Of a stretch of 64,000 nucleotides of DNA, positions 49,991 through 60,580 are shown piece by piece. Made by a program: the position numbers and the translations under genes. Below the pieces are notes generated by a model. It saw nothing but the letters and a program-made list of their open reading frames with translations, did no database searches and had not been told where the DNA came from. The stretch comes from an uncultured Acidobacteriota bacterium (lineage in GTDB: Bacteria > Acidobacteriota > UBA6911), in NCBI GenBank assembly GCA_963827655.1, contig CAWHCF010000023.1, positions 448,001-512,000 on the forward strand, written 5' to 3'. The first letter of the stretch is position 1. Each line of letters begins with the position of its first letter.

Positions 49991-52191
49991 CTAACCCGTG
50001 TTTCCGCCGCGCTGCAGCATGTCCCGGTAGAGAGTCTGGGGAGTGTCGGCCGGCTTGCGCCGCAGGATACGGAGCTCCTTCTCCGCTCCCGCGCGCCGGA
50101 AGGCCTCGAGCGATCGGGCATAGTGCTTGTTCGCCTCCGCCAGCGCGGCGAGCTGGCCCAGCGGATCGACCGGATCGACGAGCCAGACCGGCCGCGGAGC
50201 CAGACCGGCGACGAGGTCCGCGAAATCATAGTGGCGCAATGCCCCGCGCACGATGCCTTCGAAAACCTGCCGGTGAATGCGGTGCGTGACGACCGACTCG
50301 TAGCTCAGGAGCATTCGCTCGAGCGCAACCTTGCGAATGCGCGGGTCGAAAGCCGCCGCGTAGAGCAGCGGCACCGCCCCGGCTTCGCGGCCGAAACCGT
50401 ATATCTTTTCCGGGTCGACCTCGGCGCGGCCGGCGAGCAGATCGACGCCGCGGCTCACGTCCTCGGCGCGCATGGCGACCAGCGGCTTGCCGAGGAGCAG
50501 AGCAGTCATTGCGCTCTCGAAGTCGCCGAAGTAGCGTGGCCAATCCGAGCCATTGTTTTCGGTTGCAGTCCGCGTCTCCCCCAGTCCCCGCGCATCGATC
50601 GACAGAACCACAAGCCCGGCCCGGACCAGGTCCTCAATCTCCGCGCGGCCCGCCCGCCTTGCCCTGGCCATGAACAAAAAGGGCGGCGGGCTTCCGCCCC
50701 GGAGGCGCGTCGGGAATGAAGAGCAGAGACGGGATCAAGATTCCCGGCTCGCTCTCGTAGACCAGTTTTTCTATACGGTAGCCGGCCCGCTCGATTCGAC
50801 CAAAACTACGCGGCTCTGAGGCGGTCTTTCGGGCCTCGAATCGAACCATGCGCCTCACTTCATCGATCGAAGCCGGAGTCCGGCGCCCTACTTCCGCGAG
50901 GCGCTTCTGGTTCAGGCTGGTCACGGTCTCACCTCCGAGCGACCGGCTCACCTGTCCCGAGTCGGTGCAATTGAGCTCCTCGTCGGTGGCTACGGGAGCC
51001 TCCGGCTCCTGCTGGTTGTCTTCCGACCCCCGGAGCCACCGCTCGAACCAGCGATAGGCCGCAAGACGGCGGGGTTTCGAGTAACCATGGCCGTCATCGG
51101 CCTCGACCATGGCCAGCTTTTCTGGGGCTCCCAAAGCGGTGTAGACGCGTCGCGCCTCCTCAAAAGTCTCGCGCGCGCCCCGGATCGAAAAGAAGTCCCG
51201 AATGGCCGAGAGGATCATGTAGGGCTTGGGCGCGAAGGCATAGATGAAATCGGCATGATCGAGCCCGTCGCCGAGCCAGGGTGGGAGGCACTGCTCGGCA
51301 TCCTGCGGGACCAATGGTTTCGAGCAGCCGCTGCCACGACGTGATGTAGCAGGAGGGGGCCGCGACGTGGATTCGATCGTCGAGCGCCGAAAGATACGCG
51401 GTGTGCGTCCCTCCTCCCGAGTTCCCCGTGCAACCGATCCGGCTGGAATCGACTTCCTTGCGCGACAGCAGGTAATCGAGGGCGCGCAGGCCGTCCCAGA
51501 TGGTGTAGCGCGCCAGGCTGTCGCCTACCAGAAGGCATTGAATTCCAAGCACAGTGTGCTCGGTCGTGGAACGTACGACCTTCGATTCGCGGAAGTCTTC
51601 ATCATAGAGCTGCACGCGCTCGCCCTGGCCGACTGTGTCCCAGGCGAGCGCCACGTAGCCCCTGCGAGCCAGCGAAACCAGTATCTGCTGCCAGACCGGG
51701 TTCGCCTTTGCGCCCGCTTCATGCCCGAGCGGAAACAGGATGCCTGGAAAGGGAGCCTGGCCTCGTTTGGGCAGATAGAGGTTGGCCGTCACATAGAAAC
51801 GGGGCTGGCTTTCGAAAATCACCTTTTCGATCCGGTAATCGTCCTGCTCGATTACGCCGACGACACGCGCATTGAGGGGCGTGCGCTCGGGAAACCCGCC
51901 CAGGGCCTCGAGCATACGCTCGCGGACGTACCGCTTGCGTCCGGCGACATCAGACGCGCTCGAGAGGCGCGAGACTGCGCGGCGTCGTTCGGCAAGCGCT
52001 TCCGCCGCCCTGGACTTGAGATAGGACGCCAGCATGCCACGGTAACTCTGGCTGTCCGGAAGGCCTCTCAGGAAGTTCAACTCGTCCGGCGACTGGCCCG
52101 GGAGCGAACCGAGGGCACCCAGCACGACGAGCGCCAGGACAGATATAGGGGCGGGGCGGAGCCGGAATCGCAGCCAGTGGGATCGAAGCAT
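49991..52191 (-). CDS. Two-domain secreted acetylxylan-esterase-like alpha/beta hydrolase; frameshifts ~51310 and ~50650
   Basis: IEKVIFESQP, VTANLYLP, GQGER, GNSGGG, QDAEQ, second IEKLVYESEPG repeat across three overlapping ORFs. Confidence 0.82.
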
Positions 52192-52251
52192 GGTTCGCAG
52201 GGAACCTAGCACTCTTGCTCCCGAGCGGGCAAGCGATTTCCGGACGCAGCT

Positions 52252-52349
52252 AAACCACGAAGACGCTAAGACACGCACCGCCGATGGCGCAACCAAACGC
52301 GGCCAACCCCCGCAGAGGCTATCAGCGGTCAGCTATCAAGCTATCAGCT
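52252..52349. repeat. Period-9 arm plus period-7 (GCTATCA) tandem
   Basis: aaccacgaagacgctaagacacg; gctatcagcggtcagctatcaagctatcagc. Confidence 0.65.
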
Positions 52350-52562
52350 TTGGCGAAGGCCGTTGCTAGTTTCTGAATGAGAGACGTAAGCATTCGTTTT
52401 ACTTCGATTGCTTGGGCTTCAAATCAACGTCTGCAACTCGCGGCACAAAAATGTTGCTCGAAAACACGATTTCACAGTCGTGTAATGCAAAGACACCAAG
52501 AATATTTTCTTTGAGGCCCATCGGTGATATTTTCTGAGGAACCATCCCGACCGGAGGTAGTC

Positions 52563-52736
52563 ATGATGCGAACGTCAGTCAGGTCTTTACCTGCCTTGCT
52601 GGGCATCCTTGCGACGGCCTCTCTTTCGGCGGACGTGAACGACAAAAAGGACAAGAGGCTTACCGCCGAACTTTACTTCCAGTGGGAGGATGCGCAGACA
52701 AAAGGAAGCTGTCGGATGGTGCGCGTCCCGCGATGA
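52563..52736 (+). pseudogene. Truncated N-terminus of a secreted protein (S9 peptidase-like start)
   Basis: SD GGAGG, signal peptide, RLTAELYFQWED, then an abrupt end. Confidence 0.45.
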
Positions 52737-52872
52737 GCCTCACGGACTGCCGAGTAATTGATGCGCAGTCTGGTGGTTGGTAGTTCTTTGAGGCTTCGCG
52801 TTCGAGTTTAGCGTTGATAGCGGAAGCGCGAAGAGAATGCGGACGAGCTTAACACATGATCCAGGGGGAGAT

Positions 52873-55800
52873 ATGGCTCATCGGTTGATTGGCGTCAGTC
52901 TGATTTCGTTCTTGGTTTTGCTGTCCGCTCCGCCGTTGGTCTATGCTCAAACGGGGGCCGGAAATATCCAGGGTACAGCGAAGGATCCTACGGGAGCCGT
53001 TGTTCCAGGCGCTGATGTCACCGTGCTGCATCTGCAGACAAGCCGGCAGCATGAAACCATTACCAACGATACCGGCTTCTTTATCTTCCCGTCGCTCCAA
53101 ACAGGAAACTACAAGATTACGGTGCAAGCGCCTGCCATGCAGACCTGGCAAGGGGAGCTGCTTCTTCAAGTCGGCCAAACGGCGGTGGTTGATGCGGTGC
53201 TAAGAATTGCCGCCACTTTGACCGAAGTCACCGTCGTCGGTGATGTAACCCCGCTGGTCACGAGCAGCGACGCCACGCTGGGCAATGTCGTCGAACGCGC
53301 TCGCATCGATCAGCTTCCCCTTAACGGCCGCTTCTTTCAAACACTGGTGCAGCAGACCACCCCCGGGCTCGAAGGCTCGTCCTCCAGCCCGCGCGTATAC
53401 GGTCTTCGATCGACGTCGATGGAATTCTTGCAGGACGGCTCCGTGCTGACTAACCGGGATACCGGAGAGCTTTCCGGCCGCCCTCCAGGGCTCGACACCA
53501 TTGACGAATTTCGCGTGGAAACGAACAACTCGTCGGCGAAAATGAACCGTCCGGCGGCGACGATCATCTCGACCAAAAGCGGTTCCAACGAGCTCCACGG
53601 AGCGTTATTCGAGACTCACCGTAACAATGCGGTCGGTGTAGCGCGGCGCCGGCAGGACTACTACGACAAGCCGCCTCACCTGGTGCGCAACGAATTTGGC
53701 GCTTCTCTAGGCGGACCCGTCTACATTCCCAAAATCTACAACGGCACTGGGAACACATTTTTCTTCTTCGCCTACGAGGCGTACCGCAACTTTTCGAATA
53801 CGACGACCAGCACGACCATGCCGACGATGGCGATGCGGCAAGGTGATTTCAGCGGGTTGATCGACAGCGCGGGGCGACGCATCACGATCTACGACCCCTG
53901 GACTACCGATCCTGTCACCTGGCAGCGACAACCCTTCGCGAACAACATCATCCCGCTCAGCCGTCAAAGCCCGCTGGCCAAGTATTTCTACAGCGTCACT
54001 CCGGAACCTACCTTGCCGGATGTTAATCCCCTGGTGGCGGCCAACTATTTCGGTCCCGGTGTTTCAAACCGCGTCGATCACACGGAAACAGTGCGACTGG
54101 ACCATCGTCTCTCCTCCCGAGATCAATTGTTCGGCCGCTTCTCGCACGGCAATCGCTGGGCGAAAAACCGCTCGGGTCCCAATGGTTCTCCCGAAATGCT
54201 CGACGAGGCCGGCAATGTAACCTTTCGTCCCGTCCGGGACGACAGCGCCGTGGTTTCCTGGACCCGCACCTTCTCCCCGACGTTTTTCAGCGAGACGCTG
54301 GGATCCTGGTCGCACGAGAATCTGACGATATTCGTCGGGACCGATCACATCAATCATGCCGACCGGCTCGGGATGCCAAACCCTTTTCGTGAGACAGGCC
54401 TGCCGAACTTCAGCGAAACCGGCTTCGATATGACTTACGCATATGCCGACAACAAGCGCACCAACATAACCAAGGTGTTGAGCGTGGACCAGAATTTCAC
54501 CAAGGTTGCCGGACGTCACGCGCTGCAGTTCGGGGGCCGCTTCCGAAACGAGGGGTTGCACGTGCTTCCGGATCAGCAGCAGGTCCAGGGCAGTCACAAT
54601 TTTGCCAGCCTGGCTACAGCCCTGTACGATCCGGCGAGTGGCTCGAATTACAACGCTGTCCCCCGCACCGGCCATAACAGTGCCAACCTGTTTCTGGGTA
54701 TTGTCGGGTCCTATTCCGCGCAGTTCGTCCGGAAGTGGTATTACCTGACGGCCCGTGAGTACGCCGGCTATTTTCAGGACAATTTCAAGGTGAATTCCAG
54801 GCTGACAGTGAATCTGGGGCTGCGCTGGGAGTTCTATCCGGTTATCCGGGAAAGAAACAATGTCCTGACCGGCTTCGATTCGGGAACCAAATCGATTATC
54901 AACGGGGTTAGTCTCAGCCGGTTATACGAGCTGGGGGTCACGTCACCGGCAATCGTTGCTAACTTTACGGATATCGGCGCTAAATTCATCACGCCGGGCG
55001 AAGCAGGCTTGCCGGACACTCTGATGTATTCCAATCCCTGGGACTTTGGCCCCCGCGCGGGTTTTGCGTACCGCATCGGCTCGGACTCCCGATCGACGGT
55101 ATTGCGCGGCGGTTATGCCCTGTACGGTTTTCCGATTCCCCTGCGGACGTTCAACGCCCGCTCGCGGCAGAATGCTCCTACCAACGCGCGTTTCACCCAG
55201 TCGGTGACGAGTGCGGCCCAGAGCCCGGACGGGCTGCCTAACCATGGCTTGCGCTCTGTCCCGACGATCATCGCAGGCGTGAACAGTCGTGATGTACTGG
55301 ACCCCAACACACCGGGGGGCGTGACGCGCGGTTCATTCCTGACCAGCTATTTCGATCCCAAGCAGCCCACCACGCGCGCCCACGAGTGGAACCTGACACT
55401 GGAACGGGAGTTCATGGCCAACACCGTGATTCGCGCCGGCTACGTCGGGACGCACGGCAGCAAGCTCGAGCAGTTCTACACCTTCAACGAGCAGGCCCCT
55501 GACTACGTCTGGTTCGTCAACAGCGGGCAACCGCTGCCGACCGGTGAGTTCGCTCCTGTGGCGCGCCGCTACTTCGACCAGACGACGTATGGCAACATCG
55601 AAGCTTATCGCAAGACCGGCTCGTCGAATTTCAATGGAATGCAGATCGAAGTCCAGCGGCGCTACTCACAAGGCTTCGGTTTTCAATTCTTCTATGTTCT
55701 GAGCAATGCGTTCCGTGCCGGAGGAAACGGATGGAACGAAGACTTCGTCCAGGAAGCGAACATGTTCCTGGCCGGCGCGGTTCCTGCCGACTTGCAAGAA

Positions 55801-56558
55801 CGCAACCGGATGTTAAATTACCGCCGCGACCCCGAGATCCCCAAGCACCGCATACGCTGGAACTGGATCGTGGACCTTCCCTTTGGCCGCGGTCACAGAT
55901 TCGCGAGCAATGCCGGGGGATTCCTGGATCGGGTTATTGGAGGCTGGCAGATCGCCGGCTTCGGAAACCTCCGGAGCAATTACTGGCTGCTCCCCACATC
56001 CAATTGGGGAGAGTCGGGGCCCACCGAGATTTACGGCACGAAGTATCCGATCCAGGATTGCCGCAGCGGCCGATGTTTTCCTGGATACCTGTGGTACAAC
56101 GGTTACATTCCGGCGCACCTTGTCAATAGCGTCGATGCCCAGGGTCGCCCGACCGGCGTCATGGGGGTTCCGGCCAGCTACAAGCCCTCTTCTCAGCCGG
56201 TAATTCCGACGCCGGCCAACGGAGGCAGCCCAGCGATCCCAATTTCCAGTTCTACGAAACGAACACAGTGTCTGTGCGGCTCAATAACGGAATGTTACAG
56301 CGCACGTTGCTCAATACGAACCTCCATCCCTGGCGCAACCAGCTCAGGCCGGGCCCGGGTACCGTAGGTCTCGATGTCTCCTTGTTCAAGAACATACCGA
56401 TTAACGAGCGCTGCGCCCTGCGTTTCAACGCGGATTTCTTCAACGTTCTGAATATGCCGGGCCTTCAGCAGCCCAACTCGGTCAGCGGCATCGTCAGCCT
56501 GCAGAATTCGGCGAATGAACCCCGGCAGTTGCAGCTCACGCTTCGGTTGACCTGGTGA
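52873..56558 (+). CDS. Oar/Cna-type TonB-dependent receptor; frameshift ~56233
   Basis: DPTGAVVPGA, LPLNGR, EFRVET, RNEFG, QDNFKV..NLGLRWE, PRAGFAY; C-terminal PRQLQLTLRLTW in ORF 56268-56558. Confidence 0.9.
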
Positions 56559-56789
56559 ATTGCCAAAAAAGCGAAGAGAGGCTGACACCCCTGCTCCCTC
56601 AACTCGCGCTCCCAGCCGCGGTCGTTTCCGGAGGGAGTCAGGTTGTCAGGCCAAGCCGGCCGGCCTGTTTTGCGGAACTCGCGAGTTCCCGACCGGACCG
56701 GCGAGCGGGCTGGTGGACGAGGTTCATGCGGCCGGTGATGCACGACGGCTTCAACTTGACAATACGCTCGTTTCGGCTAGGCCCCCGGT

Positions 56790-57050
56790 TCATGCACTTA
56801 AAAGGCGCTCGTAATCTCCATGACTGCCCACCCAGAACCAGATGAGAGTCCCCTCTTCCTCAGTGGCGAGAGCGCGGTAACTCGCACCGATTCGAATGGA
56901 CCAAGTGTCGGCTGCAACTTTCTTGAAATGGAGCGAGGGATGACGGGGGTTATCACGCCAAACGCGATATGTCTTTCGGGCGAGCGTTCGTATGTCGGCC
57001 AGGAGGTTCTGATATGCTTTCCAGAACCTCTCGTTGGCATTGCTTTTCAA
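56790..57050 (-). CDS. RelE/ParE-like type II toxin
   Basis: FWKAY..L, NPRHPSLHFKKV, WSIRIG..YRAL, WFWVGSH.DYERL. Confidence 0.88.
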   Translation of the reverse strand: MKSNANERFWKAYQNLLADIRTLARKTYRVWRDNPRHPSLHFKKVAADTWSIRIGASYRALATEEEGTLIWFWVGSHGDYERLLSA

Positions 57051-57253
57051 CGAAGGGGGCGAGTCCTACCGTTTTTGAAATCCGCCTTGGCCTCGTCGAT
57101 GAGTTGACGCAGGCGCCCACCCGGCTGTGCATCCTCAACGATTTGGCTGTCCCATAAGCGGGCCTGGTACTCGGTCAGCCATTCGGCAAGACGCCTTACC
57201 TCTGCGGCAGGAAGTTTTTCGATCTCGGCTTCGATATCCTCAATGCTTCGCAT
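57047..57253 (-). CDS. Cognate antitoxin
   Basis: IEDIEAEIEKL..LAEWL...WDSQIVEDA..GRL; 4-nt overlap with toxin start. Confidence 0.85.
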   Translation of the reverse strand: MRSIEDIEAEIEKLPAAEVRRLAEWLTEYQARLWDSQIVEDAQPGGRLRQLIDEAKADFKNGRTRPLR

Positions 57254-57356
57254 GCGAAAAAGATACGTCAACAGAAAGCCGCCCACAAGCCAGAACTTGA
57301 CCGAAATCGTGACAATTGACGTCACCGTGGTCAATTCTCTATGGTAAATAACATCC

Positions 57357-57803
57357 ATGACCAAGCCGACGCCTCAACCGATCGATCCGAGTGAACTGGT
57401 AGACCTTGCGCTGAGCGTGGTCCGCGCCGATCGCTTTCCCTACCTCGCGACCATCGACCAGGACCAGCCGCGCGTCCGCCCTGTCTCACCCGTTCGAACC
57501 GACGGATTCACAGTCTACGTCGCGAATCTGCGCAGCTATCACAAAACGGGCGAGCTTGCGGCCAACCCCCGGGTGGAACTCTGTTACATGGACCAGGAGC
57601 ATAATCACGTGCGACTGACCGGCACGGCTGAAATCGTCACCGAGCGCCCGCTGCTGCAAGAAATCTGGGATACCAATCCGCTGCTTCGCCAGTATCTCGG
57701 CTCGCTGGATAACCCCGAGCTGATTGTCTATCGAGTCGTTCCCCACAGGGTTCGCTATATGCGTGAATGGGCGCTTGAATACCACGAGGTCCCGCTGAAT
57801 TAG
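57357..57803 (+). CDS. Pyridoxamine 5'-phosphate oxidase-like FMN-binding protein (general stress protein 26-like)
   Basis: LATIDQDQPRVRP, KTGELAANPRVELCY. Confidence 0.87.
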   Translation: MTKPTPQPIDPSELVDLALSVVRADRFPYLATIDQDQPRVRPVSPVRTDGFTVYVANLRSYHKTGELAANPRVELCYMDQEHNHVRLTGTAEIVTERPLLQEIWDTNPLLRQYLGSLDNPELIVYRVVPHRVRYMREWALEYHEVPLN

Positions 57804-57865
57804 GGAGAGACGGCTCTTGTCTTGCTCACCGCCATGGCGCGAAGACGCAAAGAAAGGACGGCCTC

Positions 57866-58249
57866 ATGCTCCAGGGTCTGCGAACGACCATCTACCCGGT
57901 AAGCGATCTTGCGTCAGCGAAGAGCTGGTACAGTCGTGTTCTGGGTTTCGACCCTTATTTTGACCAGCCTTTCTACGTCGGCTTTAATGTCGGGGGCTTT
58001 GAGTTAGGTCTGGATCCAAACGGGTCGCTTGCTACCGAGGGGGGTGGCCCGATCGCTTACTGGGGCGTAGACGACGCCGGCAGCGCCCTGGCACGGCTGC
58101 TTGAACTCGGCGCGAAGCCGCACCATGAGCTTCAAGACGTGGGGGGTGGGATTCGCGTTGCCGCTGTGAAGGATCCCTTCGGGAACGTTTTCGGTATCAT
58201 CGAAAATCCTCACTTCCGCATCGCCGATCCATCGCAGCATTCCCATTGA
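57866..58249 (+). CDS. VOC/glyoxalase family protein
   Basis: VSDLASAKSWY, FELGLDP, YWGVDD, DPFGNVFGIIENP; SD AAGGA. Confidence 0.92.
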   Translation: MLQGLRTTIYPVSDLASAKSWYSRVLGFDPYFDQPFYVGFNVGGFELGLDPNGSLATEGGGPIAYWGVDDAGSALARLLELGAKPHHELQDVGGGIRVAAVKDPFGNVFGIIENPHFRIADPSQHSH

Positions 58250-58310
58250 CGAGCATTATTGAACGCGGCTGGCTTTCATTCGAGAGTGCTTCAAGGACGG
58301 CGGGGAGAAA

Positions 58311-58745
58311 CTACGGCTTGGTCCCGGAAGTTTTGGGATAGATCTTAGTGCCTTTGTAGTCGCGCAGGCCGCAGAACCCTGCCGTTTTGAATCCGTGCTT
58401 CTGTAGAATAGCCGCGGCACGCGCGGCACGCCCGCCGCTGTTTCAAGCCGTCAGGATGGTCTTGTCTTTCGGCAGCTCGCTGAGCCGCCCTTCGAGTTCG
58501 CCAATTGGAATGTTGATGTAGCCCTCGCGCGTGCCAAGCTCTTCGAGCTCCTTGGGCTCGCGCACGTCCAGAAGTATAGCCTTGCCATCCGCGAGAAGCT
58601 TGTCGATGGCGTCGGCCGCAATGCGCTGATCCTCAGACACTGGCGTCCCCTGCGATGGCGGAGGAGGAGCGCTCTGGTTAGGAGGTTGTTGCGCGGCCAG
58701 GATCGCCGCTCCCACCAGCATCAGCTCCAGCACGAGTGATTTCAT
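58311..58745 (-). CDS. Secreted rhodanese-domain protein, probable selenoprotein (in-frame TGA 58443-58445 at the active site)
   Basis: LLDVRE..E...INIP...ELPKDKTILTA-TGA-NSGGRAARAAAILQKHGF...KP*; frame stays open to TAG at 58311 (144 aa). Confidence 0.85.
58411..58427 (-). promoter_or_regulatory. Candidate bacterial SECIS hairpin (rhodanese gene)
   Basis: GCCGCG-CGUGC-CGCGGC at +16..+32 after the UGA. Confidence 0.5.
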
Positions 58746-58812
58746 GCTTCGCCTCCCTCGATGCTCGCATTGTAATTTGCGCCCATCTGCTTAAGCAAGG
58801 TCTCGTAGAAAC

Positions 58813-58856
58813 AAAATCCACCACGAAGACGCAAAGGCGCGAAGAAATGCCAGGAA
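58813..58856. repeat. Period-9 repeat, single arm
   Basis: atccaccacgaagacgcaaaggcgcgaagaaatgccagg. Confidence 0.7.
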
Positions 58857-58916
58857 CGAACCTTTCGCCGCTCTGGTCCATCTAATTGAGAAGAAACAGA
58901 TGGGCCACCATAATCC

Positions 58917-59462
58917 ATGACAAGACGAAAGCTTGCTTCTCTGGCTCTGCTCCTCGCTCTCACGGCCGCCCTCGCGATCATCCTCAAACACGGCAGACGT
59001 TCAAATCTGCCGCGCACGCAGCCGCAAGACGCAACCGATGCGGGCCTGATTCTTTCACCACAAAGGAACAAGGCAATATCCTTCAAAACTGAAAAAGGGG
59101 AGACCCAGGTCTGGGTCGTGTCGTATCCGGAAAACAGTCGCCGCATGGTGGCGAAGTTCAGTGCTGAAGAATCGGCCCGATACGCCAGCTGGTCGCCGGA
59201 TGGCCGGCTCTTCGCGTACGAATCCTACAGCCTGGCCGGGCATAGTCCCATGACTACCACCCATGTCTGGATCGCCCGCTCAGACGCCGCCGAGATCAGA
59301 CAGATCCGGCTTCCGCTGCCGAACGAAAGGTTTTCGACCTACCTGGATAAATGGGTCGACAGCGACACCCTGCGAATTCGCAGCACCTTGCTGGAGCGTC
59401 CCGAGGACGTGTTTTACCATTACCGGTATTCCACCGGGAAAATCCAGGGTCCGCCCGGTTAA
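58917..59462 (+). CDS. Membrane-anchored hypothetical protein with a PD40/TolB-like repeat
   Basis: N-terminal hydrophobic helix; ASWSPDGRLFAY. Confidence 0.65.
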   Translation: MTRRKLASLALLLALTAALAIILKHGRRSNLPRTQPQDATDAGLILSPQRNKAISFKTEKGETQVWVVSYPENSRRMVAKFSAEESARYASWSPDGRLFAYESYSLAGHSPMTTTHVWIARSDAAEIRQIRLPLPNERFSTYLDKWVDSDTLRIRSTLLERPEDVFYHYRYSTGKIQGPPG

Positions 59463-59467
59463 TCCAC

Positions 59468-60577
59468 ATGAACAAGAGCTGCTTGATCTTGTGTCTTACC
59501 GCGCTCTCCGGAGTCTATCCCTTGGCCGCCCAGTCTGGTTTTCCGTTCTTTGACGAGAACAAGTATGTCGGTAATGTCGTGGGCTCGGTCATTGATTCAA
59601 AGACAGGCCGGGGTATTCGTGGCGCTTCGGTTCTGCTGATCAAGGAACCCTGGCGCAATCGATCAGGCTCGGCCGGATGGACGGAAAACCTCCGCAACGC
59701 GCTTCTGGGCTCCAGCGTGCGGCGAGGATCTACCGATTCAAGCGGTCAGTTCATTGTCAACAACGTGCCGACCCCGTACCCATTTGAAACTTATACCGTG
59801 GTTACCATGGCGCCCGGGTACAAGGTGCAGGTCTTTGACCAGATTCCAGTTCTTCCTGGCGCTGTGATGTCGCTGGACTGCAGGTTCGCTCTTACTCCCG
59901 GAAAGGGGGCGGGTCTCGTGTTTGGCAGGAACGACCGGGGGGCGCCGTACCATTACAGCCACGAGAAGAGGCTCCGCATCCCGCCGATTCCTCGAGACGA
60001 CCGGGCTCTTGCAGGTGCGCAACGCATCTTCGCCACGCGCGAAGGCCTGGTCGGCCGGACGACGGCAAACGGGCATGTCATTCGCAAAGGCGACCAGTTC
60101 GCGTCGCTCCCCTCGCGACGCGCCTTGTCCGGCAAGGGTGAACGCTCGTTTCAGGTGAAGCTTAGTTACCGGGGGAGATCCGTGGTCGTCCCGGTGTGGG
60201 ACGTGGGGCCGTGGAACATACGCGACGATCACTGGAACCCGTCACGCTCGCGAGAACAGTGGCGTGATTTGCCTCAGGGACTGCCCCAGGCTCAAGCGGC
60301 TTTCGAAAAAGGTTACAACGGCGGCAAAGACGGTTTCGGCCGGCGTGTGTCAAATCCCGCCGGCATCGACCTCGCGGACGGAACCTTCTGGAACGATCTT
60401 CGGATGCGCGACAACGACTGGATTGGAGTCGAGTATCTCTGGCTGGATGGAGAAGTCGCATCGACTCCAGGCCGGCAAGAGCCTTCGGGCCGTCCAAGAC
60501 GCCCGCGCGGCGAGCCATCCCGCGGTATCGAAATCGTTGATGACATCCTGGCCGCAGTCAGGGTAATTCTGCGGTAA
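59468..60577 (+). CDS. Secreted protein: carboxypeptidase-regulatory-like domain plus RlpA-like DPBB domain
   Basis: GRTTANGH, GRSVVVPVWDVGPW, GIDLADG parallel RlpA TANGE / RSVVVRINDRGP / IDLS. Confidence 0.7.
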   Translation: MNKSCLILCLTALSGVYPLAAQSGFPFFDENKYVGNVVGSVIDSKTGRGIRGASVLLIKEPWRNRSGSAGWTENLRNALLGSSVRRGSTDSSGQFIVNNVPTPYPFETYTVVTMAPGYKVQVFDQIPVLPGAVMSLDCRFALTPGKGAGLVFGRNDRGAPYHYSHEKRLRIPPIPRDDRALAGAQRIFATREGLVGRTTANGHVIRKGDQFASLPSRRALSGKGERSFQVKLSYRGRSVVVPVWDVGPWNIRDDHWNPSRSREQWRDLPQGLPQAQAAFEKGYNGGKDGFGRRVSNPAGIDLADGTFWNDLRMRDNDWIGVEYLWLDGEVASTPGRQEPSGRPRRPRGEPSRGIEIVDDILAAVRVILR

Positions 60578-60580
60578 CTA

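Noticed and set aside
2273-56233. Programmed ribosomal frameshifting at split genes
   Set aside because: No slippery heptamers or stimulators were seen, gene families are unrelated, and the density fits sequencing indels.
56560-56790. attC/integron site beside the TA pair
   Set aside because: Palindromic but lacks clear RYYYAAC...GTTRRRY boxes, and there is no integrase in the window.
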